A DNA stretch of 64,000 nt from Diplonema japonicum. Lineage: Eukaryota; Protista; Euglenozoa: Diplonemea. The position numbers and the translations under genes are program-made. The stretch lies in assembly GCA_964019335.1 (NCBI GenBank), contig OZ025658.1, forward strand, positions 62,001 through 126,000. The letters run 5' to 3'. A model generated the notes under the pieces. The model ran no database searches. It was not told where the DNA came from and saw only the letters and a list, made by a program, of their open reading frames with translations. Of the stretch, positions 11,875 to 21,140 are shown one piece after another. Position 1 is the first letter of the stretch, and the number at the start of each line of letters is the position of its first letter.

Positions 11875-11876
<2 letters not shown>
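10558..11876 (+). mobile_element. Non-autonomous piggyBac with decayed, internally deleted transposase
   Basis: 13-bp TIR CCCATAACACTCC (10558-10570) / GGAGTGTTATGGG (11864-11876), flanked by TTAA(A) and TTAA. Transposase remnants SIDETLVPSRG (10950), YCPLKRKRYGIK (11002, frameshifted) and LFWWALEVTIVNCHAL...FKERFRESLI. Confidence 0.88.
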
Positions 11877-11920
<44 letters not shown>

Positions 11921-11965
11921 TGAGTTAAAGGAAGTCTTTGTGAGACGCCCCCTTGTTCTCATCTT

Positions 11966-14900
11966 CTACCTGCACCTATCCCCTTTCAGCAGCGGGTTCT
12001 CCTCCTTTGGTGGTCTTGCCGGCCTTCTCCCCAGCCTGGCCGCTCTTTCTCTTCGTTCTCTCGCCCATTGTCCTTTCAATGCCTCTAGGTCATGCTTGGT
12101 CTTCGGTGATGCAAATATCGCCCTCCTGTTCCATCCGATCACCGCCTTTGTCCTCCCGATGGATCGTAGTGTGTGCACCCTTGTGCTCGGCTCAGCTGGG
12201 AAGGCCCTCCTTCCTTTCACCTTCTTCAGTACCCTCCCTAGCTCCCATGTGTGCCAGATCTTCTTCATCAGTCCATGCAATCTCCTCGCTTTCTGCTGTA
12301 CTTCTGCGAGATCCCCCAGCTTCCCTCCAAGGGTCTTCCCGGTCACGTTCTCGAAATCCAGTGCCAGCTCCACCGTCGACACTGACGTGTTTCTGCTGCC
12401 TGCATACCAGCGCAGTTGCCGCATCCACCTCAGCACCTCCTTCGTGTACTCCCGTAGGACATCCCCTGCCGGTAGCTTGCCGAAGTCCTTGTCCGACGGT
12501 ACTGGGTGTTCTTGACCTTGTGTGATCTCCAGCCACTGGTGTGTGTGGTACACCTCCTGCCTCTTCGCTTGTAGGGCTGCGTCCCGCTCCCCCACCACCG
12601 CCAGCAGGTACCTCTGCGTTCCTTCGAGCCTTTCCCTGACATCCTTCCCTGCTCCCCTTGGCAGGATGCCATGCAGCTTCGTACACGGTTCCAGCCCCCT
12701 GCGCGTCATGCCTTCGTGTTCTTCCCGCTGTTGCACTTCCTTGGCCTTTTCGCACTCCCACAGTGCGTGCTCCAGCATGTTGGGCAGCTGTTGCTCCTGA
12801 CCGCAGATGTCGCAGTGTGCCGTCGTGGGTTCGGCCTGCTTAGCTTCTTGCTTCCTCGCCTCCGCAATCAGCCACTTTTCGGTGTCCTGTCCTTCCTCTT
12901 CTTCTTCTTCTTGTTCATCTTCAGCCTCGTCTTCATCCTCGTCTTCTTCTCCTTCCGCCATCGGGATGTGCTCCACCGTGTCCGTGCGCCATCCCCGTGG
13001 GTTGATGTAGAACACTGCCCCCGAGATGATCCTTCGCACGTCCCTTGCTGCAATCGGGTCCGTCACCACCAGCTTCCTCCACAGCGCGTTGGTCTCCGCT
13101 GCTGCCGCAGCTTCCATGCCCCCCATGGTGCTCCGTTTGCTCATGATTTCCTGTGCTTCCGCCCGCCTGAGTCGGTCCCTGATGTAGTGCTTGTAGGGCT
13201 CCTTTTCCAGTGCGTGGGTGTCCTTCAGCTGTGCCCAGCTTAACTTGATCTGAGGCAGCCACCTTTCCATCATGATGCCCACCGGTCCCACCGGTATCTT
13301 CTTCCCGCTGTACCGTTTGGCAATGGCGTCGCAGCGTGTCCACAGCTTGTCGTCCTTCTTGCAGGCTCTGTATAGGAGCATAAGTGCTCTGTATGCGGCT
13401 GTCATCTGTGGGTGGCTCGTGTGTCCCGGCAGTGTCACGGATAGTACTGTGCCTGGGTTCCTGGTGCAGTACTTCTGCCCCCAGAGCGCGTACGTGGTCT
13501 CCTTCACCAGCGTGGCCATTTGTCCCGCTTTCGGCGGTGAGAATGGGCAGTCGTAGAGGCAGCTCGGTAGGATCGTGCTGCTGATGATCTTCGCCTTCTG
13601 CTGAAAGGACAACGGCGTTGCTCCCAGCCTGCTCAGCGTCCCGAGTGCCTCCGCCGTCCTGTCGCCGTTGGTTTGCGGCCTGCCGTCTGTCCGCAGCTTG
13701 GCTCCCAGTACTCCTACAGTCCGTGTCGGCTGCAGTTCCTCGCCTTTCACCTTCACCTCCGGTGTCTTCCTGTTCACTGCAAAGGTCTTCGTCTTCCTGG
13801 TGTTGAGCTTCATCCCCACCTGTTTGCAGAAGGCTTCCACTGCGTCTACGCCTTCCTGCAACGCCGCACCGAGCCGTGCCAAGAGATATGCATCGTCCGC
13901 GTAAGACAGCGAGCGGACCCCTGTGTCGTTCTCCACCTGCTTCATTAGTACCGCCAACAGCGCGTTGATGAGTACCACTGAAATCGGGCATCCCTGAAGG
14001 ATTCCATTGGTTGTGTGGAACTCCTCCCCCACGCCTGCTGCGTACCTGAACCGTCTTCGCATGCCTGCGTACATTCCTTTCAGTGCCCTGAGGATGCCTG
14101 TGTCCATGCCCATGTCCTCCACCAGCTCCAGAACCAGCTGTTGCGGTACACTGTCAAAGCATTTCGCAAAGTCGAGTGCCACCCCGACTAGCGGTTTCCC
14201 CTCCAGAATGGATTCTTCGATGTCAAGGGCGAGGTCCAAAAGTGCGTCCTCTGTCCCGAAACCCGTGCGGAATCCGTATTGCTTGTCGTGTATCCATTTC
14301 TCCTGCCAGATGAGGATATCAGACAGTCGCGCGCATGCCCAGAGTCTGTACACCGCAGATGTGACTGTGATAGGCCTGTGCTCCAGTGGTCCCGCATCGT
14401 CGCACTTCGGTACGAGGGTAACCAGTGCCGTTTTCATGGCTTCCGGCCACCTCCCCGTTGCTTCGATCGCATGGAAGAGCATCGCCCAGGCGTCTAGTAC
14501 TGACTCTGGTAGTTTCCGTAGCTCTAGCATCCTCCACCCGTCGATGCCTGCCGCGCTTTTCTTGCTTTTCTTTCTGAGCACTTCCCTCAGCCTTGCTCCC
14601 GTCAGTTGTGTCCTCTCCATCTCATGCCGTTGCACGAACTTGCTGTACTTTGCCTTGAAGGGGGCATAGAGGGGCTCCGGTCGGGACTCGTATTTCGCAA
14701 AGACGGTCTTCCACGCCTTGCGCATGACGCTGTCGATCAGTCCGGGGGACGCAAAGAGCACCATCCCTTCCTTGACCGCCCTGGTTCCGTCGCTTTGACG
14801 TTTGCCTTTCGCGACTTTTACCAGTCTTGTTGTCTCGCGTCCTGCTGCAACCTCGGCCAGGTATTCTCGTCTCCGTGACGTGTTCGCCTCGGTCCTTTTC

Positions 14901-16390
14901 TTCCGTTCCTCAGCTGCAATTGCGTCTTCCATGTTCAGCGCTGCTGCCAGCATGTCCTCTATGAGAACAGCGTCGTGCGGCACCGGTTCAGCTGGTACTG
15001 CCAGAGCCTTTGCTTCCCTGTTCACGTTTCTTATCGTGTTCAGGGTCGGCTTGCTTAGCCCCTTGTCCTCAACTGCTTGCTCGAGCTGTTGTTGCAGTGT
15101 CCGCGTCTTGAGCTTCAGCTTTTCCAGTCGCGCTTGCCATGTTGTAGCTGCACCCACCGTTCCCGTCGTCGTTGGTGCACACACTTCCTTCTCCTTTGTG
15201 CTGGTGTGTTTGCCTCTTCCGACGTACGCTGCCCTCCCCGGCGTCCCCACTGGTTGGTCTATGAGGAGGTCTTCGGTGCACCGGGAGAGGGTCTCGAAGG
15301 CTTTTGTTATATTTCCTTCGTGCAGGTACTGTCGGAATCCGGCTGCTTCCACTGCTTCGGCTCCTTGTTCTTCCGTTGGCTCATCTGCCGTCTCCAGACC
15401 CCTCGGCAGCATGTATCGTTGTACCGTCATCCTGAATCTGTCGAGCTCAAGTGCAACCGTCAGTGTCCGGTGATCCGTCCCCTTGATCGCTTGGTTCACT
15501 TGGCATCCGGTGATGGCCGGTACTGCCTCCGGACTTGCCAGTATCCTGTCGATCCGCGTGGCGCAGTTCTCCCGTACAAACGTTGGATCAGGTTGTTTCC
15601 CTCTCCATTTTGCGCATAGGTCCGCTGTGTCCGCCCATCCTGCCTGCAGTGCCTTCCGCAGTTCCGGGGATCTTGCCTCGTCGGTGTTGAAGTCGCCAAC
15701 GACGAGTATTGGCACATTGCCGAGCTCCTTCGCCTTCTTCCGCAGGATGTAGTGGAGGAGGGTCTCCCTCTTTGCGGTCTCTTCACGTCCTGTTCCTGCC
15801 GGGCAGTATATCGATATGATATGTAGCCATCTGCGTTTGCCATCGATTGCGACCTGAGTGTGCAGCCACCTCCTGCGTTGTTCTTCAGATTGGTCGTTGG
15901 TGTCCAGAGAACCTGGCAATGCTGTCCTGGGTTCTCGGATTAGGGTTGCCAGTCCTCCCCTCTGAGCTACCCAGTTCGAAGCGATTCCCTCCACCTTCCT
16001 TCCCGGCTGCGGCGGTCCCCACATCGGCTTCCACTTCTTCTTCGTCTTCTTCCCGAGCTCCCGCTCCATCTCCTGCTGCCCAGCTAAGGTCAGCGCCGTC
16101 TCCTGCGTGCAGATCACGTCGACGTCCAGCTTCGTCGTAACCTCCTCTATTTGGTTGCGTAGGGAGGCCACGTTCACTGTCGACACGTACATGTTGGGCC
16201 CAGGGTTCGGATGTATCCCCTGCGCCGTGAGCCTCGCGAAGTCCTCTTCCTCCTCTGACCCCGGTTTCCGCCTCCCCGTTTTCAGTTGGGGAGGTTTCCA
16301 ATGCAGCTCACGCATTGTTCCCGCCTGCAGTTCTCCATGGCGCACACCCTCGCCCTCCTGCCTTTCAGCTGGCCATGACATGACCCGCAT
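11966..16390 (-). CDS. LINE ORF2: 2A-like motif, APE endonuclease, reverse transcriptase, C-terminal CCHC zinc finger
   Basis: GIHPNPGP; APE motifs VNVASL, CTQET, IYCP, GDFN, RIDRIL, TDH; RT motifs RPIT, QYGFR, LDFAKCFD, GILQGCPIS, YADD, VLG; CDICG...EHALWEC. No RNase H seen. Real start uncertain because the frame is open to 18070. Confidence 0.92.
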   Translation of the reverse strand: MRVMSWPAERQEGEGVRHGELQAGTMRELHWKPPQLKTGRRKPGSEEEEDFARLTAQGIHPNPGPNMYVSTVNVASLRNQIEEVTTKLDVDVICTQETALTLAGQQEMERELGKKTKKKWKPMWGPPQPGRKVEGIASNWVAQRGGLATLIREPRTALPGSLDTNDQSEEQRRRWLHTQVAIDGKRRWLHIISIYCPAGTGREETAKRETLLHYILRKKAKELGNVPILVVGDFNTDEARSPELRKALQAGWADTADLCAKWRGKQPDPTFVRENCATRIDRILASPEAVPAITGCQVNQAIKGTDHRTLTVALELDRFRMTVQRYMLPRGLETADEPTEEQGAEAVEAAGFRQYLHEGNITKAFETLSRCTEDLLIDQPVGTPGRAAYVGRGKHTSTKEKEVCAPTTTGTVGAATTWQARLEKLKLKTRTLQQQLEQAVEDKGLSKPTLNTIRNVNREAKALAVPAEPVPHDAVLIEDMLAAALNMEDAIAAEERKKRTEANTSRRREYLAEVAAGRETTRLVKVAKGKRQSDGTRAVKEGMVLFASPGLIDSVMRKAWKTVFAKYESRPEPLYAPFKAKYSKFVQRHEMERTQLTGARLREVLRKKSKKSAAGIDGWRMLELRKLPESVLDAWAMLFHAIEATGRWPEAMKTALVTLVPKCDDAGPLEHRPITVTSAVYRLWACARLSDILIWQEKWIHDKQYGFRTGFGTEDALLDLALDIEESILEGKPLVGVALDFAKCFDSVPQQLVLELVEDMGMDTGILRALKGMYAGMRRRFRYAAGVGEEFHTTNGILQGCPISVVLINALLAVLMKQVENDTGVRSLSYADDAYLLARLGAALQEGVDAVEAFCKQVGMKLNTRKTKTFAVNRKTPEVKVKGEELQPTRTVGVLGAKLRTDGRPQTNGDRTAEALGTLSRLGATPLSFQQKAKIISSTILPSCLYDCPFSPPKAGQMATLVKETTYALWGQKYCTRNPGTVLSVTLPGHTSHPQMTAAYRALMLLYRACKKDDKLWTRCDAIAKRYSGKKIPVGPVGIMMERWLPQIKLSWAQLKDTHALEKEPYKHYIRDRLRRAEAQEIMSKRSTMGGMEAAAAAETNALWRKLVVTDPIAARDVRRIISGAVFYINPRGWRTDTVEHIPMAEGEEDEDEDEAEDEQEEEEEEGQDTEKWLIAEARKQEAKQAEPTTAHCDICGQEQQLPNMLEHALWECEKAKEVQQREEHEGMTRRGLEPCTKLHGILPRGAGKDVRERLEGTQRYLLAVVGERDAALQAKRQEVYHTHQWLEITQGQEHPVPSDKDFGKLPAGDVLREYTKEVLRWMRQLRWYAGSRNTSVSTVELALDFENVTGKTLGGKLGDLAEVQQKARRLHGLMKKIWHTWELGRVLKKVKGRRAFPAEPSTRVHTLRSIGRTKAVIGWNRRAIFASPKTKHDLEALKGQWARERRERAARLGRRPARPPKEENPLLKGDRCR

Positions 16391-18039
16391 TGACCCTGTG
16401 AGGCTTGGTAGGTCGCAGACCAAGCATGGACATGCACCTTCTGCTTCTTCTTCTCCTTGCCTTGCAGCTTCCCTTCCGACGAGGTTGTTGGCTTCCTGTG
16501 GCCGGGGCTGCTGGGGTCGGGCTTCTTCGGCGACGGGGAGGGTGAGGGAGTCTGGCTCCTCTGTCGCTTCGGTGACGCTGCCTTGTTCGTGTTCGTGTTC
16601 GTGCTTGTCTTTTTCGGGGACACTGCACCTGCCGCCGCCGCCGTCGCAGGCTTCTTCTTCGCCGTCGGCGTCTCCGTGTTCTGTTCCGGAGTGCCGCTCC
16701 TCTGCCGCTTCGGGGATGCAGCGCTTGTCGTGGCTGCTGGGGTCGTCGCGGCCCTGTTCTCCATCGCCCTGCGTGCCACCTTCCTTAGCGCATCTTTGAG
16801 GCGGTCGACTTCGCTCTGCAACTTCGTGACGAGCATTTTGTATTGCTCTAGCTCTGTTGCGTTGATCGTGGTGTCCTTCTGTTGCTGTTGTTGTTGTTGT
16901 TGTTGTTCTTGCTTCTGCGGCTTCTTTGTCTTCTTCTTCTTCTGTTCTGTGGTCGTGTCCGCGGTCGCGTCCTTCTGCTCCCGTTCCTGCAGCTTCTCGG
17001 GGTCGGCGGCCGCCCAGTACTCCTCGCCCTTGTTCTTGCCGTAAAAACAGAGGAACTCGGGCTTGGAGTATCGTGTGTCGCAGTTTTCGTTGGGGTCCTT
17101 CCTCGTTTCCCCTTTCGCCACCACCATTTGCAGTGGTTGCTGCTTCCACGCCGCCGTCAGCGCCATCCGGTGCTCCCCCACCTGCACCTCGCCGAACGGG
17201 GGCTGCCCTGCCGACTGGACCACCGCCAGTTGCCGCCCCTTCTTCGGGATGACGCGAATGACCGTCGCGTCCTTCCACCCGTTGTTCCGTAGCAAGCCCT
17301 GCACCTGCTCGCCCGTGATCCCGCGTGGCACACTGTGGAGGTCGAACTTTCGTCCGGCCCCTGTTCCCACCAGCAAGCCGGCCTCCTGTGCTTTGTGTCT
17401 GGCGTCGTCGCTGTCCAGGTTCCCGTCTTGCACCAAACCGAGACCCCTCCCGTTGCTTGTGAGGGTGGCCGTAGGTCCTCCGATCCCCCGCGCCGCCGCC
17501 ACGTCCCACGTCCTCAGCCATAGTGGTGGCTGCTTCTCTCGCTTCCTCCTGCGGTCCTCTACGAACAAGCCCCCCGCACCAGCCTGCTTCGCCTTCCCTT
17601 CTTCGTTGGCCGCCACGTAGACCAGGAGGTCCAGCTTGGTCAGCTGTCCCTTCCAGGCCTCGCCTCTTGGCTCTGAGATCCCCCGCAGGGTGACTCCCAG
17701 CGCCTTGAGTGCCTTCACCGTCTCGTTCTTGGCGTCCGCTTGCACCTTCGCCCACCCGTCCTCCCCGGATGCGGCTCTCCACCAGATGGCTCGCAGTACG
17801 ATCGTGCTGCTGCTGCTGCTGTCGTTGTCGTCGTCCTCGTCCATCCACTTCTCCTGCACCTCCTGCACCTGACGAGAAGGCCATTCCTTCGCCGTCACCT
17901 TCTGCGCTTGCACCGGCTTCACTGACCTCGCCATTCGCGCCACCTGCACCCATGTTGATGATGCTGCCTCCTTCTGGGGAGTTTGCTCCCCCCCCTTGGG
18001 AGGGGACCCAGGGCCACCACGTGGAGGTTCCCCAGCCAT
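16282..18039 (-). CDS. LINE ORF1 (Gag-like; coiled coil, S/T/P/K-rich linker, C-terminal Cys cluster)
   Basis: 585-aa ATG-initiated ORF with protein-like composition upstream of the APE. Ends CGSCHG...VCAMENCRREQCVSC. Confidence 0.8.
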   Translation of the reverse strand: MAGEPPRGGPGSPPKGGEQTPQKEAASSTWVQVARMARSVKPVQAQKVTAKEWPSRQVQEVQEKWMDEDDDNDSSSSSTIVLRAIWWRAASGEDGWAKVQADAKNETVKALKALGVTLRGISEPRGEAWKGQLTKLDLLVYVAANEEGKAKQAGAGGLFVEDRRRKREKQPPLWLRTWDVAAARGIGGPTATLTSNGRGLGLVQDGNLDSDDARHKAQEAGLLVGTGAGRKFDLHSVPRGITGEQVQGLLRNNGWKDATVIRVIPKKGRQLAVVQSAGQPPFGEVQVGEHRMALTAAWKQQPLQMVVAKGETRKDPNENCDTRYSKPEFLCFYGKNKGEEYWAAADPEKLQEREQKDATADTTTEQKKKKTKKPQKQEQQQQQQQQQKDTTINATELEQYKMLVTKLQSEVDRLKDALRKVARRAMENRAATTPAATTSAASPKRQRSGTPEQNTETPTAKKKPATAAAAGAVSPKKTSTNTNTNKAASPKRQRSQTPSPSPSPKKPDPSSPGHRKPTTSSEGKLQGKEKKKQKVHVHAWSATYQASQGQCGSCHGQLKGRRARVCAMENCRREQCVSCIGNLPN

Positions 18040-18108
18040 CTTTGATTGCGATTATTTTGATTAATTCCAACCCAAATTACCAGCCCCTTTTTAAAAAAAA
18101 AAGAGGGC

Positions 18109-18897
18109 TCAACTCTCGTTAGATTTTTTCAGCGCACGGTTCTCTCTCTTCAAAGCGATTATCTGTAGCTTCATCTTCTCCAGCTCGTCGTCGTCTGCAG
18201 CAGGCTTCTTGTCCTCGGAGGGTTCCTTGTCGGGGGCTCGCTGCGGGATGGGGGCAGCACGTCCGAACTTCCCCCCTCCAAAGAACGTGAGATAAGACGG
18301 AAGGGACGCGTCGACGGGCTGGAAGGTATCGCCCGCCCAGTAACGAGACCGAACAAAGGCTTGTTTGATGGTGGCAAAGAACACATGGTGGTTGTATTTA
18401 TGCGCGCCCTCGAGGATTTCACAGTCAAGATGGGCTACAATATACGGGTGGTCAACGGCTGCAGGAGCGGAAAGGGAAGCAAGCGGTGTGTCCGTGGTAC
18501 CCACTGGGCACAGGGTTAGGTTGAGGGACGTGAACTTGTCAACAGTGCTACCAGACTCTCCACCTATTCTGCGGAGGAGCATTTCGCTGCCCTCCACCGG
18601 TACACATAGTGTAAACCGCCCCTTGTACCCGTCCTCAAAAAGCATTTCAGCCGACCTCCTCCCTTCGTTCATGGAAAGCATCACGACCCCGTTGTTGTTC
18701 ACGCAGCTCAGCCAGCTGATCGTCATTACGTTGAACGACTTCTCCTTCCTGCTCACCAGCATGCACACGGGGTTGGCGTACAGCACCCTGCTGAAGAACC
18801 TCTCAGGAACGGCGACAAACTTCCCATATAAATCGCCCCCCACCCCGGGAGGCACAGGGGGTACCTCAACCACCTTCCGCTTTTTACGGCTCTGCAT
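18109..18897 (-). CDS. Flavin reductase-like FMN-binding split-barrel protein
   Basis: Motifs YANPVCMLVS, NVMTISW, FTLCVP, IGGESGSTVDKF, HLDCEI, HHVFFATI. Confidence 0.75.
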   Translation of the reverse strand: MQSRKKRKVVEVPPVPPGVGGDLYGKFVAVPERFFSRVLYANPVCMLVSRKEKSFNVMTISWLSCVNNNGVVMLSMNEGRRSAEMLFEDGYKGRFTLCVPVEGSEMLLRRIGGESGSTVDKFTSLNLTLCPVGTTDTPLASLSAPAAVDHPYIVAHLDCEILEGAHKYNHHVFFATIKQAFVRSRYWAGDTFQPVDASLPSYLTFFGGGKFGRAAPIPQRAPDKEPSEDKKPAADDDELEKMKLQIIALKRENRALKKSNES

Positions 18898-18992
18898 GCT
18901 TCACCTGTGTACCCATGACAAGATCGCGGGAAGGGGGGAAAAAAAAACAGAAGATATAAGAGCCATCAGCATATAACTCTTAGAGAAAAACT

Positions 18993-21140
18993 TTATTCGA
19001 TGGTAACGACGAGAGAGTAGTGGGTAGCGGGGGTGGTTTTGAAAATACGCAAAGGTACTGCCGAGGAATAGAGCAGCTCGGGACTCGGATGGAAATCGAA
19101 AAGAACAACGTGAGTGTGCTGCGCTGTGTACGCCTCGACCTCATGTGCAGCACTGCGGAGCCACGCCGCTTTAAGGATCAAGATGGGCGTTCTTCCTATG
19201 TGCTCTCGAAGATGCGTTGGGAAGTGGTATTTGCTCGGAAGGTCCGCCAGACACAGAGCATCCCTCTCGAACCGCCCGAACCACTCCAACAGCATACCAG
19301 CAACCGTCGCGTCCTTCACAAGCACGATGCTCCCTGCAATCGTGTGCTCAGCACACCCACGGAGCATCGCTTCGTATGTGTTCGCCTTGTAACACACGGT
19401 TCCTCTGAATGTCGCATCGTTGTGAGATAAACCGTATTGTGCAAGGGTAATGGGGTCGGGCCTTCTTGGGAGGCGGGAGGGCACCCTGTGCTTGGGGTAG
19501 TGTGCTTGGAGTAGTTCGAACCCTTCTTGACATTTCAGATAAGTCTGTCCGAACACCAGGAAATCCCCGATCTGCGACCCTTTCCGGGTCATCTGCCAGT
19601 GAACGAAGTTCACCATGTTGAAGCTGACCCACGTGATGTCCGTTGGGATCGGGACGAAGGCCCCGTTGAGGATGTCGTTGGCGAACAGTATTGTGTGCAA
19701 AGTCGCACGGGCAAGGGAGCAGAGATGCCGGCTTCGGGGGTTCACGTCGAAATGCGTACGGAGCGGCACATGTGCGCTGCATGCTGCAAGGCCGCAGAAC
19801 ACCGCCTGGTAGTCCCCCACATCGAAGACTCCGTACTGCATCATGGTCACGACGACAAGGTACGCCAGCCGCAACGGCGGGCTGGACTCTTGCAGCACCT
19901 TGTAAAGGCGGTCGTCGACGAACGGGAAGAAATGCATGTACAGCTCCTTCACATCGTCCCCGCTCACCCCATTGCCCCACACCTTGTTGAGGTCCCATCT
20001 CAGAGATGGTTCCACAACGGAGTCCTCGTGCATGAGGCCATTGCAGTCGGAACGGTATTCCCGTATTAATTGTGTAGTGCGAACAGCTACGGAACATGCT
20101 TTCCAACGAATTTGTCTCGTGTGCGTGTAGATGGAGGGAAGTGAGGAGCTTTCGTACAGAACGGGGAGCCACAGCGTGGGCCGCTCGCTTGGGACGAACA
20201 GACACGCGATTTCAGAGCCGATGTCGCCCCGTTCGTACGCGGCGATGAGGTTTAACGGGGTCGTGTCAAGCGGTCTCACAGGCGTGAAGCCTTCCAACGT
20301 GAAGCACTTCAAACAATTCTCAAGATCCCTGCGGAACAATGCCGCAAGCGAGCGCACGGCCCCCGCGCCGTTCAAGGCCGACCGCAACACGTACTCCGCA
20401 GCACACCCCGACAGCTTGTCGAACATATCACCGACAGAACGTGACTGCACCCCCACCTCCTGTAGAAACACTGCCAAGCTGTTAAAGTTTGCCTTCTGCA
20501 GATCCGGGCATGATTTTCGAATCGCTTTTAAAGTACGGTGTGGGAGGAAGTCGTTCCCTGCAAGCACCGCGAACACATCCAACGACTCCACGGAAGGCAG
20601 GTTCAACTCCTTCCAGATATGTCTTCTTGACGAGATCTTGTGTCCTTGGTACGAGAGGTCGTTCAGCTTGATGTACTGATGCGCCATGATGACGAAGTCG
20701 GAATCATCACTGATGACCGTGGAGGAGGTGTCCCAGGATAGTTTTGCGATTTCTTGGTCGGCCTCTCCCCATGATTGTTTGATGGGTATTCCGGAGTCTC
20801 TTAAGAAGGATTTTGTAGCACGCTTGACAAGGGACATTGAGGGGAGCTTGTGGTGGGTGATGTCGTCTGCACTGCGAGATCTGTGGAGGTGCCGTTTCCT
20901 GCTTGTCGGTTCTTTCTTCTTGCCGCTGAAACCATCGAAGTAAACGGTTGTCCTGCCCCTCCATCTCCACAAGAATTTTTTTACTTTTGCGGTGACGTCG
21001 GAAAATTCGTGATGTTCCTCTGAACCCTTTGAGTACACCAGACAGTCACCATCTACTACCACGTGTCCGACCACGTCGCCGCGTTCTGTCGTCAGGTGAC
21101 AGTTCTTTTGTATGTGTGTTGCTAGCTTCGGTATTCCCAT
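18993..21140 (-). CDS. Asteroid/XPG-type PIN-domain protein with possible degenerate helicase-C domain
   Basis: MGIPKL start at 21140; VVVDG, VYFDG, GEADQEIA, ISDDSDF, LAGNDF acidic motifs. Confidence 0.85.
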   Translation of the reverse strand: MGIPKLATHIQKNCHLTTERGDVVGHVVVDGDCLVYSKGSEEHHEFSDVTAKVKKFLWRWRGRTTVYFDGFSGKKKEPTSRKRHLHRSRSADDITHHKLPSMSLVKRATKSFLRDSGIPIKQSWGEADQEIAKLSWDTSSTVISDDSDFVIMAHQYIKLNDLSYQGHKISSRRHIWKELNLPSVESLDVFAVLAGNDFLPHRTLKAIRKSCPDLQKANFNSLAVFLQEVGVQSRSVGDMFDKLSGCAAEYVLRSALNGAGAVRSLAALFRRDLENCLKCFTLEGFTPVRPLDTTPLNLIAAYERGDIGSEIACLFVPSERPTLWLPVLYESSSLPSIYTHTRQIRWKACSVAVRTTQLIREYRSDCNGLMHEDSVVEPSLRWDLNKVWGNGVSGDDVKELYMHFFPFVDDRLYKVLQESSPPLRLAYLVVVTMMQYGVFDVGDYQAVFCGLAACSAHVPLRTHFDVNPRSRHLCSLARATLHTILFANDILNGAFVPIPTDITWVSFNMVNFVHWQMTRKGSQIGDFLVFGQTYLKCQEGFELLQAHYPKHRVPSRLPRRPDPITLAQYGLSHNDATFRGTVCYKANTYEAMLRGCAEHTIAGSIVLVKDATVAGMLLEWFGRFERDALCLADLPSKYHFPTHLREHIGRTPILILKAAWLRSAAHEVEAYTAQHTHVVLFDFHPSPELLYSSAVPLRIFKTTPATHYSLVVTIE

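Larger units (their letters stand above)
11920..18080 (-). mobile_element. Apparently intact non-LTR retrotransposon (LINE), ~6.1 kb, two ORFs
   Basis: ORF1 plus an uninterrupted APE-RT ORF2. GC-rich body bounded by host T-tracts. Boundaries approximate. Confidence 0.9.

Noticed and set aside
18040-18110. Pr77/HDV-like ribozyme at the LINE 5' end
   Set aside because: The leader is short and AT-rich, with no recognisable 77-nt hallmark or nested pseudoknot.
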